Source: Octopus sinensis
Lineage: Eukaryota
Direction: 5' to 3'
Assembly: GCF_006345805.1 (NCBI RefSeq)
Contig: NC_042997.1
Location: 44,206,001 to 44,270,000, forward strand
DNA length: 64,000 bases
Numbering within the stretch: position 1 is the first letter of the stretch; every line of letters starts with the position of its first letter. This document shows positions 48,604 through 60,942 of the stretch, one piece after another. The notes beneath the pieces were generated by a model, which searched no databases, had not been told where the DNA came from, and saw only the letters and a list, made by a program, of their open reading frames with translations. Made by a program: the position numbers and the translations under genes.

Positions 48604-48986
48604 GTGGAGGCGCAATGGCCCAGTGGTTAGGGCAGCGGACTCGCAGTCATAGGATCGCGGTTTCGATTCCCAGACCGGGCGTTGTGAGTGTTTATTGAGC
48701 GAAAACACCTAAAGCTCCACGAGGCTCCGGCAGGGGATGGTGGTGATCCCTGCTGTACTCTTTCACCACAACTTTCTCTCACTCTTACTTCCTGTTTCTG
48801 TTGTACCTGTATTTCAAAGGGCCGGCCTTGTCATTCTCTGTGTCACGCTGAATATCCCCGAGAACTACATTAAGGTGCACGTGTCTGTGGAGTGCTCAGC
48901 CACTTACACGTTAATTTCACGAGCAGGCTGTTCCGTTGATTCAGATCAACCAAAACCCTCATCGTCGTAACCGACTGAGTGCTTCC
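48604..48986 (+). mobile_element. SINE head 1 plus tail A, TSD of about 12 bp
   Basis: CATATATACTTG at 48592-48603 and 48986-48997. Confidence 0.88.
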
Positions 48987-50037
48987 ATATATACTTGAAT
49001 ATAAAGCTAAGGTTTTTATTTTCATTGTTGCTCAAAAGAAGTTACATTTGGGTCCTTAGAAAATCTCAAATTTGATTTTTCATTAAGAAAATCCAACTAT
49101 TTTAAATCCAGTTATCATCATCATCGCCATCACCATTTTATGCCTGTTCGTATTAGGGTGTTATTCTGTGATAACTTGCCCCAAGAATATAGTAGATATT
49201 AATCTTGTCTTCAATTCCTCCCCAATCGTTCAGTTGTCTGTGCCCTGTTTATACTAGTACCACAATGGTTGCCTGATGGAGACATATATCTAGAGTGTAT
49301 TGCAAATATATTCCAACATTATGTATCTCTTATTTTACATTTCTGGCTCTATTTATAAACATAATATTCTACCAATTAAATATCTTAATATTCATGTTAT
49401 AAAATTATGTTCAAGTAAGCGTGTTTATATATTCTGTTCCAATCCTCATGATACAGAACATCTGCTGCACATTTTAAGTTTGTTTATATTTCTCCGACTC
49501 CAACATATTTTCACACTCATCGGGCACCCCACAACCACTTCAAAAACAACAACAACAAGTTTGTGACCCATTTCCTAAATTTCTTGGTGCATCTCACTAA
49601 ATGCCCCCCCCCCAATTCTTCATTACCATAATTTTATCCTACTTACATCTTTCCATGAAATAATATAACCACATGAAATAAACTTTGACCTTTTAGTATT
49701 TAAACTGGCCATATCCGGCCAAAATATTCTATGATCAACTTCTATGATCAACAACATTGACAATACTAACAGACATGCTGTCAAGAAATTAACTGTTTTT
49801 TTTTTATCAATTAATAGTCATGTAAATTCATATTTTAGGTTTCAAAACTTTTAATCTGTATCAAGCATAAAGCTGTTGTATTCAGAAAAATGTTCAAATA
49901 TAAACTGTCTGCGTCAGTTGTTGACTGCCATGACACTGCATCCTTTAAGGCCCTCATGCTTTCCGAAATCCGCCGAAACTACACCTGATTATATATACAC
50001 TTTAGATGAGTTGTAGTGCACCTGAGCACTGTACACA

Positions 50038-50076
<39 letters not shown>

Positions 50077-51710
50077 AACAGTTTGTCCTTCTTAGAAAAG
50101 TAAATTTTAACTGTTTGTTTACGTGTAGTGAACGAGGAAGTACCAAGTGAGCACAACCAGTCTATATACTTCTACATCCAGTTTCCAATATGGGAAAATG
50201 AGGTTTGCCACTTAATCAACAGTCAATTATCGAATGTTGTGCCTGTCAGTATGCATTCCATCTCAATTACCAGCTTTCTGTTCTTTGTTAGAAATAAAAT
50301 ATTTATTCCGCTATTGGCTCTCAACCTTTCAACTCTATCTTGACCCCAGCCCAGAACTCCAAAAGTTAGATCCATCTGATTAGGTAACATCAAACAATCA
50401 AATCTGTCTGTCACACTTGCATGATATAGATTAATATTGATTTTGTTTCGTGTAAGTTACGTTTTGAAGTATAGCTTTAAAGAAAAATCTGCCTAGATAG
50501 TAGTAGACGTATTCTCTTTGTGTATACATTCATCAAATGATGTGAGAAAACTAGAGAAAATTGAATTTGAAAATGTTAGAAGTTTCGTCAATATCAAAAG
50601 CAGAAATTTCGACTGGTTAGTAATTAATGCAATTGATAATTTATTCTGATAATCTTGGGTTCATTAGAACTGATAATTATAACATTCTGTTATCATCAAA
50701 TTCAAATGCTGAAATTTTGTCTGGCCCTCAATCATCAAATTAGGAATTCAGTCATATTTATATATGACAACATTGAGAATCCTGGTAATTTAATTTAGAA
50801 ACATGGCCAAAAATCTTGATAATTCCACATTAAAAAAAAAAAAAAAAAGATGGATATGAAGCATTATTAAATGGCAATCTTTAACTGAAAATTCTGTGAA
50901 ATGTAATTTAACAAAATTGATAATTATGAAATTTCCATGATCAACAAAATTAGAGATGCTAAGAAGCTTACAGTCAAGAAATTTAATTTTTTTTAAAGTT
51001 AATGGTAATGTAAACTTGTAATTCTGGAAAGTTCGTCACTTTGAAAATTTAGTCATAAAAATCAAAATTTAAGTAACCCTTAGATATCTTAACAAAAAAT
51101 TCTCACTGCTTCACATATGTTAAATTGTTTAAAATTTTCTAATTTTACAATCATCAAACTAAAATATTAAAACTTTTGAACAGTCAAAAAAATGATATTT
51201 GTCAATCCCACAGTTACAAGAATTGCAAAAGCCGAGGAAAGAATTTCTTCGAAATTGAAAATGCCAATTATTCTGCCATCATCAGTTTTTAAAATACGAG
51301 AATCACACAAAATACTGAGAGTAGACAACTAAACTAAATCCATTACATTTAGTCATATTCTAGTTTCTGAATTCAAGTCCTGTTGTAGTTAACACTACAG
51401 ATATTTAATTTTTCTTGAAAATATTGGTCTCGTACTTAACAAATCAATATTTAAAATTCTGACATTTTAAAAGTTGTAAAACTTGATAATTCTGACATAT
51501 CTTCAGGTTATGCTGGCAAATATTGTGACACTTAATATTGACAATTCTGAAATCAGAAGTTACTAAAATTTTAACACCATTTAGTATGTGTTTTAGATGC
51601 ATGAAATACATGTATTTAAGACAACTTGTAAAACTCTTATTACATCTATAGAGTATTTGGGATGGTGGTGCTAGTTCGGGCTTTCAGCCAGTAAGTTTCA
51701 TCTGTTAGAG

Positions 51711-51948
51711 CAGTGGTTATCAACCAGTGTCCATATGCACCCTTGTCGGGTGCATGTGTGCAATAAATTGCTTATACTTCAGTAATACACAAAATATTTT
51801 AACAATTTTGCTTAATACAATACCTAATTATACTTGACAACAAAAGTATAATATGAATTTTTTTTAATATCAAATAGCTATAGGGGTCTGGCTGAATAAA
51901 AGAGGGATCAAAGGGGGTCCTTAGACAAAAAATGCTTGAGAATTTCTG
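51711..51948. mobile_element. hAT (Charlie-like) MITE with 8-bp TSD
   Basis: CAGTGGTTATCAACC ... GCTTGAGAATTTCTG; TGTTAGAG at 51703-51710 and 51949-51956. Confidence 0.75.
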
Positions 51949-52143
51949 TGTTAGAGGATTTTAAGGACAGATTTGAAGAAATATTAGCAATACAAAGGAA
52001 ATAAAATGGCTTTGAATAACAATTGAAACAAAGCTGCAAATCCTGCTCACCTTGAGAATAAAAAATAATGCAAAGGTAGCAAAAGAAGTCTATACCATGT
52101 ATCAGAAGTGGACTCTATTTATTCTTTTGCAGTATAAACTTAA

Positions 52144-52470
52144 GTGAAGGTGTGTGGCTTGATGGTTAGGGTATTTGGCTTGTGATCGTAAGGTCAAGAG
52201 TTCAACTCCCAGCGGTGTGTTGAGTCCTTGAGTAAGACACTTTATTTCCCGTTGCTCGAGTCCACTCAGCTGGGAAAAATGAGTAGTACCTGTATTTCAA
52301 GGGGCCAGCCTTGTCGCACTCTGTGTCACGTTGGATCTCTCTGAGAAATATGTAAAAAGGGGTACGCGTGTCTGGGGAGTGCTCAGCCACTTGCATGTTA
52401 ATTTGACGAGCAAGCTGTTCCATTGATCATATCAGCTGGGACCCTCGTTTTGAAACCGACGGAGTACTTC
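52144..52470 (+). mobile_element. SINE head 2 plus tail A
   Basis: Head as at 27766; from GTACCTGTATTTC onward the same tail as the 5591 family. Confidence 0.7.
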
Positions 52471-53046
52471 CTCCTCCTCAAAAGTGCTGAATAACACATA
52501 ATTTATAAGAACATCTGTTGAGCACTTAGGTTTAAAATATCTTACTAAAACTAATTTACCCTATTGAGTATGTGTCTTACTGCTGAGTATCTATATAAGT
52601 GTGTCTGTTTATATACATATTTTCATATTTTACCTTTTATTTGTCTCAGTCATTGGACTGTGGCCGTGCTGGGGCACTACCTTAAATTGAAGAGCTTGGC
52701 TGAACAAATAAACCTTAGCACTTATTTTTAAGCCTTATTTTATTGGGGGTCTCTTTTGCCAAACTGCTAAGTCATAAAGATGCAAACAAACCAACACCAG
52801 TTGTCAACTGGTGGCAGAGGACAAACTTAACAACAGGCTTCTTTTAGTTTCCATCTACCATATCCACTCACAAAGCTTTGGTCAGCCTGGGTCTGTGGTA
52901 GAAGTCGCTTGCCCAAGGTGCCTTATGGTGTGACTGAACCCCAGATCACATTGTTGGGAACTAAGCTTCTTATGCACACAGCCTTGCCTGTCAACTGTAG
53001 CAGTAAGCATAATAGCAACAGTCTCACGTAAAACATTAACAGCATT

Positions 53047-53431
53047 TGGAAGCACTCCGTCGGTTAAGACGACAAGGGTTCCGGTTGATCCAAATCAACG
53101 GAACAGCCTGCTCGTGAAATTAACGTGTAAGTGGCTGAGCACTCCACAGACACGTGTACCCTTAACGTAGTTCTTGAGGATATTCAGCGTGACACAGAGA
53201 GTGACAAGGCCGGCCCTTTGAAATACAAGTACAAGAGAAACAGGAAGTAAGAGTGAGAGAAAGTTGTGGTGAAAGAGTACAGCAGGGATCACCACCATCC
53301 CCTGCCGGAGCCTCGTGGAGCTTTAGGTGTTTTCGCTCAATAAACACTCACAACGCCCGGTCTGGGAATCGAAACCGCGATCCTACGACCGCGAGTCCGC
53401 TGCCCTAACCACTGGGCCATTGCGCCTCCAC
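53047..53431 (-). mobile_element. SINE head 1 plus tail A, 12-bp TSD
   Basis: ATTAACAGCATT at 53035-53046 and 53432-53443. Confidence 0.9.
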
Positions 53432-54170
53432 ATTAACAGCATTACTAGCAATAATAATAGGAAACTTCCAAACTTGTAATTGGTCCTAAAGATTATTTAA
53501 CCTTTTAGTATTCAGATTATTCTATCGAATGTAATACTTACTATTTCACATTTTGTACTAATCATGTATTATTTCATAGCTTTGAAATTTTGATGATATG
53601 ATTGTATATTTTTACGTGTGGTATTGTAGAGAAGAGATGAGAGGCCAAATCCAACCAGTTTGAGCATAAAACAGAATATTTGGGCTGCATATGCCCGGTT
53701 TAAAGGGTTGAAGCAGTGGTTTTTCAACTTTTGTAATTCTGTACTCCCCACACTTTCAGTGAATGGCGTTTTTCAAATGCCTCATCATCATGTTTTGTAA
53801 GAGAAAAACCCATCAAATTATTTTAATCAAGCAAGGTACAGGTGTGGCTGCGTGGTAAGAATCTTGCTTCCCAACCACATGGTTCCATTTCTAGTCCCAT
53901 TGCATGGCACCTTGGACAAGTGCCTTCTACTGTGGCCTCAGGCTGATTAAAGCCCTGTGAGTTGATTTGGTAGATGGAAACTGAAAGAAGCCATTGTATA
54001 TATATATAGCATGGAAAGCGGATGCTAAACGATGATGATGATGATGATGATGATATATATATAAATTTCAGAGTTAAATTTTAGCTCTCATTTCTAGAAA
54101 TTGTAGGTGCTATTTTTCACCCTCATTTATCTATTTTACCTTTTTGGATTTAATTGCTCTAGTCCACCTA

Positions 54171-55786
54171 CAGTGGCGGCCAAAATGTTCAGAACGGCAT
54201 TGTTTTCATCAGAAAAGTAGATATAATTTTTTATCAAAGTTGTTTTATATTCTATAATTTTCACAGACAATAAATACGATATTTTTTGTTATTGCCTGAG
54301 ATTTTGGTGTAATTTGAGAGGATAATACAAAAGTTATGGATGATTTAGTGATTTACTGCAAAACCCATGGCGGCCAAAAGGATCAGAACGGTTGCTTTTA
54401 CTCCGTGGTTTAGTATATTTAACAGGCGAACTCTAATGTTTTGAATTTGTTTACGTGACACTTCATTTACTAAACATTAGTAATAATATTTGCAGTGTAC
54501 TTTGTTAATATAATGCCACTTACTCCGTTACCAATTCGTCAGCAGATTATTAAGCTTTGAAGGAAGGATAATTTAAGTATTGGATCTATTGCAAACATTG
54601 TTAACAAGTCAAAAAGTGTTGTACACGGTATTCTTAAGGTCTACGATGATTGTGGTTCATGTGAAGCAAGAAAGTTTACAGGTAGGCCAAGAAAAACGAC
54701 CAAGAGAGAAGATCGTGCTATGGTAAAGCTGGTTAAAAAGGACAGATTTAAAACTGCTGCTGCTGTTTCTCGGAAAATGAGCATTGTATTGAAGAAAACT
54801 TTATCTCGAAAAACTGTGTCTCGTCGTTTAGTTGAACATAACCTACAAGCAAGTTCACCTGCAGTGAAGCCTCTGATCAGCTCCAAGAATAAAAAGTGTC
54901 GTCTTACCTTTGCAACCGAACATGTGTTGTGGTCTCAAGAAAAATGGCAAACGGTGCATTTCAGTGATGAATCTAAGTTTATGTTATTTGGCTCAGATGG
55001 GAAAAGTTGGTGAAAAGTAGGTGAAAAATTGTCGCCTAAATGCCTTAAGACTAGTGTTAAATTCGGTGGAGGAAGTGTCATGGTTTGGGGGATGATATCT
55101 GGAGATGGTGTGGGCCCTTTGGTGCGATTACATGGAAAGGTAAATGCAGGAGTTTATAAACAACTTGTAAAAGATCATGTCTTGCTTGTGCTGAGAAATT
55201 CAACTAAGCGACCACCCATATTCATGCAGGACAATGCCCCATGTCACAAGGCTAAGGTGGTCATGAACTTCCTCAAGGCTGAAAAGGTTATTGTTATGGA
55301 TTGGCCTGCTCAAAGCCCAGATCTCAATCCTATTGAAAATGTATGGAATATTCTAAGAGAACGTTCGAAAGCCAGAAATCCTAAAACAACCGAGCAATTA
55401 TGGAATGCCCTTCAGGAAGAATGGAATAAGATCACCCAGCAAGAAATTGAAAATTTAATTTCCTCATGCAGTCGAAGATGTCAGAGTGTGATTGAAGCTA
55501 AAGGGCTTCACACTAAATATTAAATAATTCTAGTATTCTCTGTCATTTTTGATTATTTTGTTATTTTTTCAACCGTTCTGATCATTTTGGCCGCCATGGG
55601 TTTTGCTAAATCATCCATAACTTTTGTATTATCCTCTCAAATTACACCAAAATCTCAGACGATAACAATTAATATTGTATTTATTGTCTGTGAAAATTAT
55701 AGAATATAAAACTACTACTTTGATAAAAACTTATATCTGCTTTTCTGACGAAAACAATGCCGTTCTGAACATTTTGGCCGCAACTG
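54171..55786 (+). mobile_element. Full-length Tc1 (DD34E) transposon, IR/DR type, TA TSD
   Basis: TA^CAGTGGCGGCC...GGCCGCAACTG^TA; TIRs 54171-54394 and 55570-55786, each with outer and inner direct repeats. Confidence 0.95.
54513..55523 (+). pseudogene. Tc1 transposase, 336 codons with two in-frame TGA stops
   Basis: One frame from ATG 54513: GRPRKT, SDESK, GGGSVMVWG, QDNA, SPDLNPIE with D34E spacing; stops at 54558-54560 and 55011-55013. Confidence 0.92.
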
Positions 55787-56102
55787 TATATTACTTATTG
55801 TAATATCTTATTATATGTTACTATATACTTTAACCATAGCAGTTTTGTCCTCATAAATGAATGGGAGGCAGGTTATCTCTTTAACCTGGAGTAATTGTAG
55901 AAATGTCTGATGAGAAATAAGATCTTGTTGATCAAATTTCAAAATCACATGATAATATTTTATCAAACTACTTCCTTTTGCGAGTGTATCTTGCTAATGG
56001 AAGATGTGGTTTGTTGCTCACAGTCCCGAATATTCCATGAAGTTAGTGCTTTTGTGTAGCTGTTCAAGTTAAATTTTAGCTCTTATTTCTAGTAATTTTA
56101 GG

Positions 56103-57290
56103 TGCTTTAGATAATGCCCTCACCTTCACAAGCGAATTTATAGAAATTAGTACACAAGATAAGGACACAATTTTCCATGCTAGAAAGACTTCACACTTCA
56201 GTGAGAACACAGGGTGGGTCAAGACTACCGATACAGAGGGTGCTTTCGATGTGAGCATGGGGTCATATGATGGAGCAGGCATATGCGATCTCATTGGACT
56301 ATTCCTACACGATATTTTGGAAAGACTTTTCTTGACATATATTTTGCCATTTAAAAAGATGATGCCTTAGCTTTAACCACAAATATCAATGGACCTGCAC
56401 AAGATCGGTTTAGGAAGGACATTATCCAAACGATGAAAACTCTCGGTCTTAGTATAACTCCAGTTGTCAATTTCCTAGATGTATCCTTAGATTTAAATAT
56501 GAATATTTACAAACCTTATAGGAAGCCCAACAATAGACTTAGTTATATTAATGTAGGTTCATGCCATCCTCCCATAGTGTTTAAAAATTTAGTTAAAAAC
56601 ATTAGTAAGAGAATTTCTAGCCTTTCCTCTGATAAGGACATTTTAGCATTGCCCCAGTATATAATAAGGCTCTAAAAGATAGTGGTTTTAGTGAAGAAAT
56701 AACCTTTACACCTGTTACTAGCCCAGCAATAAAGAAGAGGAGAAATAGAAATAGGAAGATCATCTGGTTCACACCTCCCTACTCACCCGAGGTGACCTTC
56801 AATACAGGCAAATATTTCTTAGCACTGATAGATAGAGATTTTCCAATCAATCATAGTTATAGAAAGCTTTTCAATAGACATAACTTAAAAATCAGTTTTA
56901 GTTCAACTACTAATTTTAAAAATATAATCACACACAACACACAAAACAACAAAATGAAACCAGCTGTTCATGCAGGGATAAAAATATGTGCCCGCTAAAT
57001 GGAGATGGCATGTCCGAGACATCATTTATGAAGCCACCATGGACTTTACAACCACTAAGGACATAGTTTCATCAAAGAAATATGTGGGTCTCACAGAGGG
57101 GAATTTTAAGGCCAGGTTCAACAATCACACCTTGAGCTACAGATAAAAGAAAAACAACCAGATTATCCAGTTATATATGGTCCTTAAAAGAAAAAGGTGT
57201 CAATTACAACATCCATTGGAAGATCTTAGCCAAGTGTAAGCCTTACACCAATGGCAGTGGAAAGTGTGGTCTTTGTGATAGGGAAAAATG
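56103..57290 (+). pseudogene. Penelope-like element RT plus GIY-YIG, 5' truncated and frameshifted
   Basis: FDVSMGSYDGAGICDLIGLFL, VNFLDVSLDL...YKPYRKPNN...YINVGSCHPP, KYVGLTEGNFKARFNNH, WKILAKCKPY...KCGLC. Confidence 0.88.
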
Positions 57291-57989
57291 GCTTGTGTGG
57301 TTAGACGATTTAACATCTATTTTTCAGCATATTGGCAAAGAAAACTTTTCTTTTGCTCTTATTTATAATTTTATATCTATATATATATATATTTGTATGT
57401 ATGATCTAGGTGTATGTGTGTGTCTTTGTGCCAATGTTTGTACCCCCCCCCCAGTATGGCCGCAGTCAAATGACTGAAACAATTAATAGATAAAAGAATG
57501 TGATTTTGTTCAGGAATTTATTCTTTTTATCTTTTACTGATTTTAGTCATTAGATTGCAGCCATACCAAAACACCACCTTTAATGCTTCAGTCAAGCCGA
57601 TCGACCCCAGTACTTTTTTCTGTTTTTCAAGTCTCGTACTTATTCTATTGGTTCCCTTTTGCTGAACTGCTAAGTTACAGAAACCTAGCACAGATTGTCA
57701 AGCAGTGGTTGGGGGAGCAACACACACACACATGAGAGGCTGCCATACAGTTTCTATTGACCAAATTCACCCACAAGTCATTAGCTGGCCCAGGGCTATA
57801 GTAGAAGATACTTGCCCAAGGTATCACACAGTGGGACCGAGGCAAAGACCATGTGGTTGCAAAGCAAGCCTCTTAACCACTGAGCTTTATTTTCTTACTC
57901 TACCCCATCTGGTATATTGGAGCTTAAGATATTTTTATGGTTTAGTGCTGCTATGCTAAATTTTTATGGAAACTAATAAAGAAAGAACT

Positions 57990-58168
57990 TCATCATCATC
58001 ATCGTCATCATCATCATCATCATCATCGTCATCATCATCGTCATCATCATCATCATTGTCGTCGTCGTCGTCGTCGTCATCATCATCATCGTCATCATCA
58101 TCATCATCGTCATCATCATCATCATCATCATCACCATAATCGTTGTCGTCGTCATCATCATCATCATC

Positions 58169-58205
<37 letters not shown>

Positions 58206-58328
58206 TCATCATCATCGTCGTCGTCATCATCATCGTCATCATCATCATCATCATCACCATCATCGTTGTCATCGTCGTCGTCATCATCATCATCATTGTC
58301 ATCGTCGTCGTTGTCGTCGTCGTCGTCG

Positions 58329-58368
<40 letters not shown>

Positions 58369-58395
58369 CATTGCCATCGCATCATCATCATCACT
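57990..58395. repeat. Compound (CAT/CGT)n microsatellite of about 400 bp
   Basis: Direct reading; source of the poly-S, poly-M and poly-T ORFs. Confidence 0.95.
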
Positions 58396-59689
58396 ATCAT
58401 TTGATGTCTATCTTCCATACTGGCATGGGCTGGGTTGTTTAACAGGATCTGTTGAGTTAGGGGTCAGCACGAAGCTCATATAATGAAATTATTTTGGACC
58501 TTATCTTATTATACTCTCATATTTCTGTTATCAGGTAACACTATGTCTGGCTTATATTCTAATCCCAACAAAGCTATTTTTTTTTTGAAAATGTGTTTAA
58601 AATATATTTCTAAGAAAAATCATGTCCCTTCTAAACACTCAGCACTTGATATTTGCTGCCCCTTGTAAGCTCACAGTGTCCCCAAGGAGGCACTACCAAC
58701 CAAATTCAGAAAAACTGATTTAAAAGCTAGAAGATGTTCTGTAAATGTGCAATACTTCATCACTAATATGGTTAAAGATCTTTCAATATTGGTTTCAAAT
58801 TTTGGCACAAGGCCAGCAATTTTGGAGGCAACAACTGGATTACATTGACCCCAGTATTTGACTGATACTTATTTTATCAACCCCAAAAGGATGAAAGGCA
58901 AAGTTAACCTCGGCAGAATTTGAACTCAGAACATGCTGCTAAGTATTTTGCCTGGCATGCTTACAATTCTGCCAGCTTGCTACCTTGAAATTTTTCAATA
59001 TTAAAAAAAGATGTTTATAATAAAATTATTTTTCACTTTGGATTACAAACCTTAAGTTTTAGGTGCAAATTTTAATCCATCCATCTTTGATGCCCACAAT
59101 TCCTCAAATAAGGTCCTATGAGAAGCAACCATCATTACACTTTCCTGTTAGGTTTCCAATTGTGACCATGGATATTGTCCAACCATCTTTCTCTCTGTCT
59201 ATCCTTAAGCTTCCTGCCAGTTGGTTTAACTTGAAGAATCTGCATTGTAATCCTTTCCTGCAGAATTTAACCACTGGAAACAAGTCTCCCTTTTGCACAT
59301 GCTGTATCAGAGAAGCCCTAAGCACTTACAAGATTTTGGTGTCCCTAGATTTATGTAATTCAAAATATAAACAATAATAAACCATAAAATAAAAGAATGA
59401 AACAAAACTAACAATCAGAAAGAAATGTTTATTTTTGTATACTTCCACTTTATTTATAATTGTAAAGTTTTCTACTTATTTTAATAGCAAAGTCTTTGAT
59501 CAGATACTCCCTGTGATATCATGAACACTCCTATATTGTATTTCGAATATTATTTTAGCAAATTTAAAGTGATTTCTTTTGTGCTGTAAATCATTTACCA
59601 TTTCTCTGGTACACTCACCATTCCCTTGATGTCTCAAGCACGTGTTTATTTTGCCTTGTTGTTAATCCAGCTCTGTACATTGAGACACG

Positions 59690-60000
59690 AAAAGTTGCAG
59701 CAGAGACAGTAAAAATGTCCAAGGCTAGGTCATGGGTGGATTGGGGCATTAAGCTGGACTCTGACTTTAGATCAGTCTAATAAAGTATTCTGGCAGACCA
59801 TCCATTGACTTTGCAAAAAGAAGTCCACTTCTATATTTTTCATTAAGAATTTGGTTAGGTTTCTTCTCCCTAGGGAGAAGAACATCTTTGTGGAGTGGAG
59901 AGAATGCTTTGCTGATTTCCTAAATTCAGACACAGTAAAATCTTCTGGTAGACACACGATGCATCTAGGGGAAAAGACTAACCTCACAGAGGTGCAAATT
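59690..60000 (+). pseudogene. RTE endonuclease-RT linker remnant
   Basis: KLDSDFRS..KVFWQTIH...EWRECFADFLN. Confidence 0.45.
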
Positions 60001-60517
60001 TAGTTTTAGAAATGACACATCCTTGGTACGTGAAGTCAGTTTGTCTTTCTAACTAGTTAACCATTTTGTAACCACATTCCTGCATTGCCTTTGTTTCAAT
60101 CAATTTTTAAAATAATGAAGAAATTAGTATAATTTTTGTTATTTTTAAGCTAGCATAAATTAACATAAAATTTTGATGAAAGGTTTTAATTTAGATCCCA
60201 AGTTGGTATCATAGACCTGGGGTCAGTCTCAAGAGTTAAACCATTTTTCTAAGTTGGTAGGTATTAATCAAATTTTATGAAACAGCTTCTTTTCATACAT
60301 TTGTTATTTCATAATATATATATTTTTTTGTATGTGTGTATCTCCATTCTAAAATACTCTATTTTTAGGTTCACATCGTTTTTTGTTGTGTATATTTTAT
60401 TCTCATCACATGTCGATAATAACAGCTGTTGCTCTGATTTTCAAAGGCAAAAAATGAAATATGTTCAGATACTAATAAACACATAAAAATCATCATTATC
60501 ATCAACGTCATCATCAC

Positions 60518-60553
<36 letters not shown>

Positions 60554-60942
60554 TATCATCATCATCATCATAATTATCATCATTTTAATATCCATTTGTC
60601 CATGCTAGCATGGATTAGATGGAATTCATTGAGATAGATTTTATACAGCTAGATACTTTTCGTGTCATTAACCCTAAACTGTTTCCAAGCAAGGTAATAA
60701 TCCCTTAGTCTATTGAAGAACAAATACCTGGACATAGTTGGAAGCTTTTTTTGTTAAGAAAGATTGTGCAAGATGTGATGAAATGGCAAGAACCCCAGAC
60801 ATGTTTTTGCAATTGACAACAAATATACAACATTGCCTGTATTGAAAGTGAAACTTATTTTGTTTACAGTCAGCAAACACATAAAGACAAGGAGAAAATA
60901 TGAAATCACTCACACAAATACATGCACACACACACACACACA

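Noticed and set aside
50123-50210. Candidate minus-strand exon ANLIFPYWKLDVEVYRLVVLTWYFLVHY
   Set aside because: Both strands have short open frames with plausible splice sites; they cannot be discriminated without RNA data.
55907-55920. CTGATGA followed by GAAA as a hammerhead
   Set aside because: There is no stem II between the core halves and no stem III or stem I pairing.
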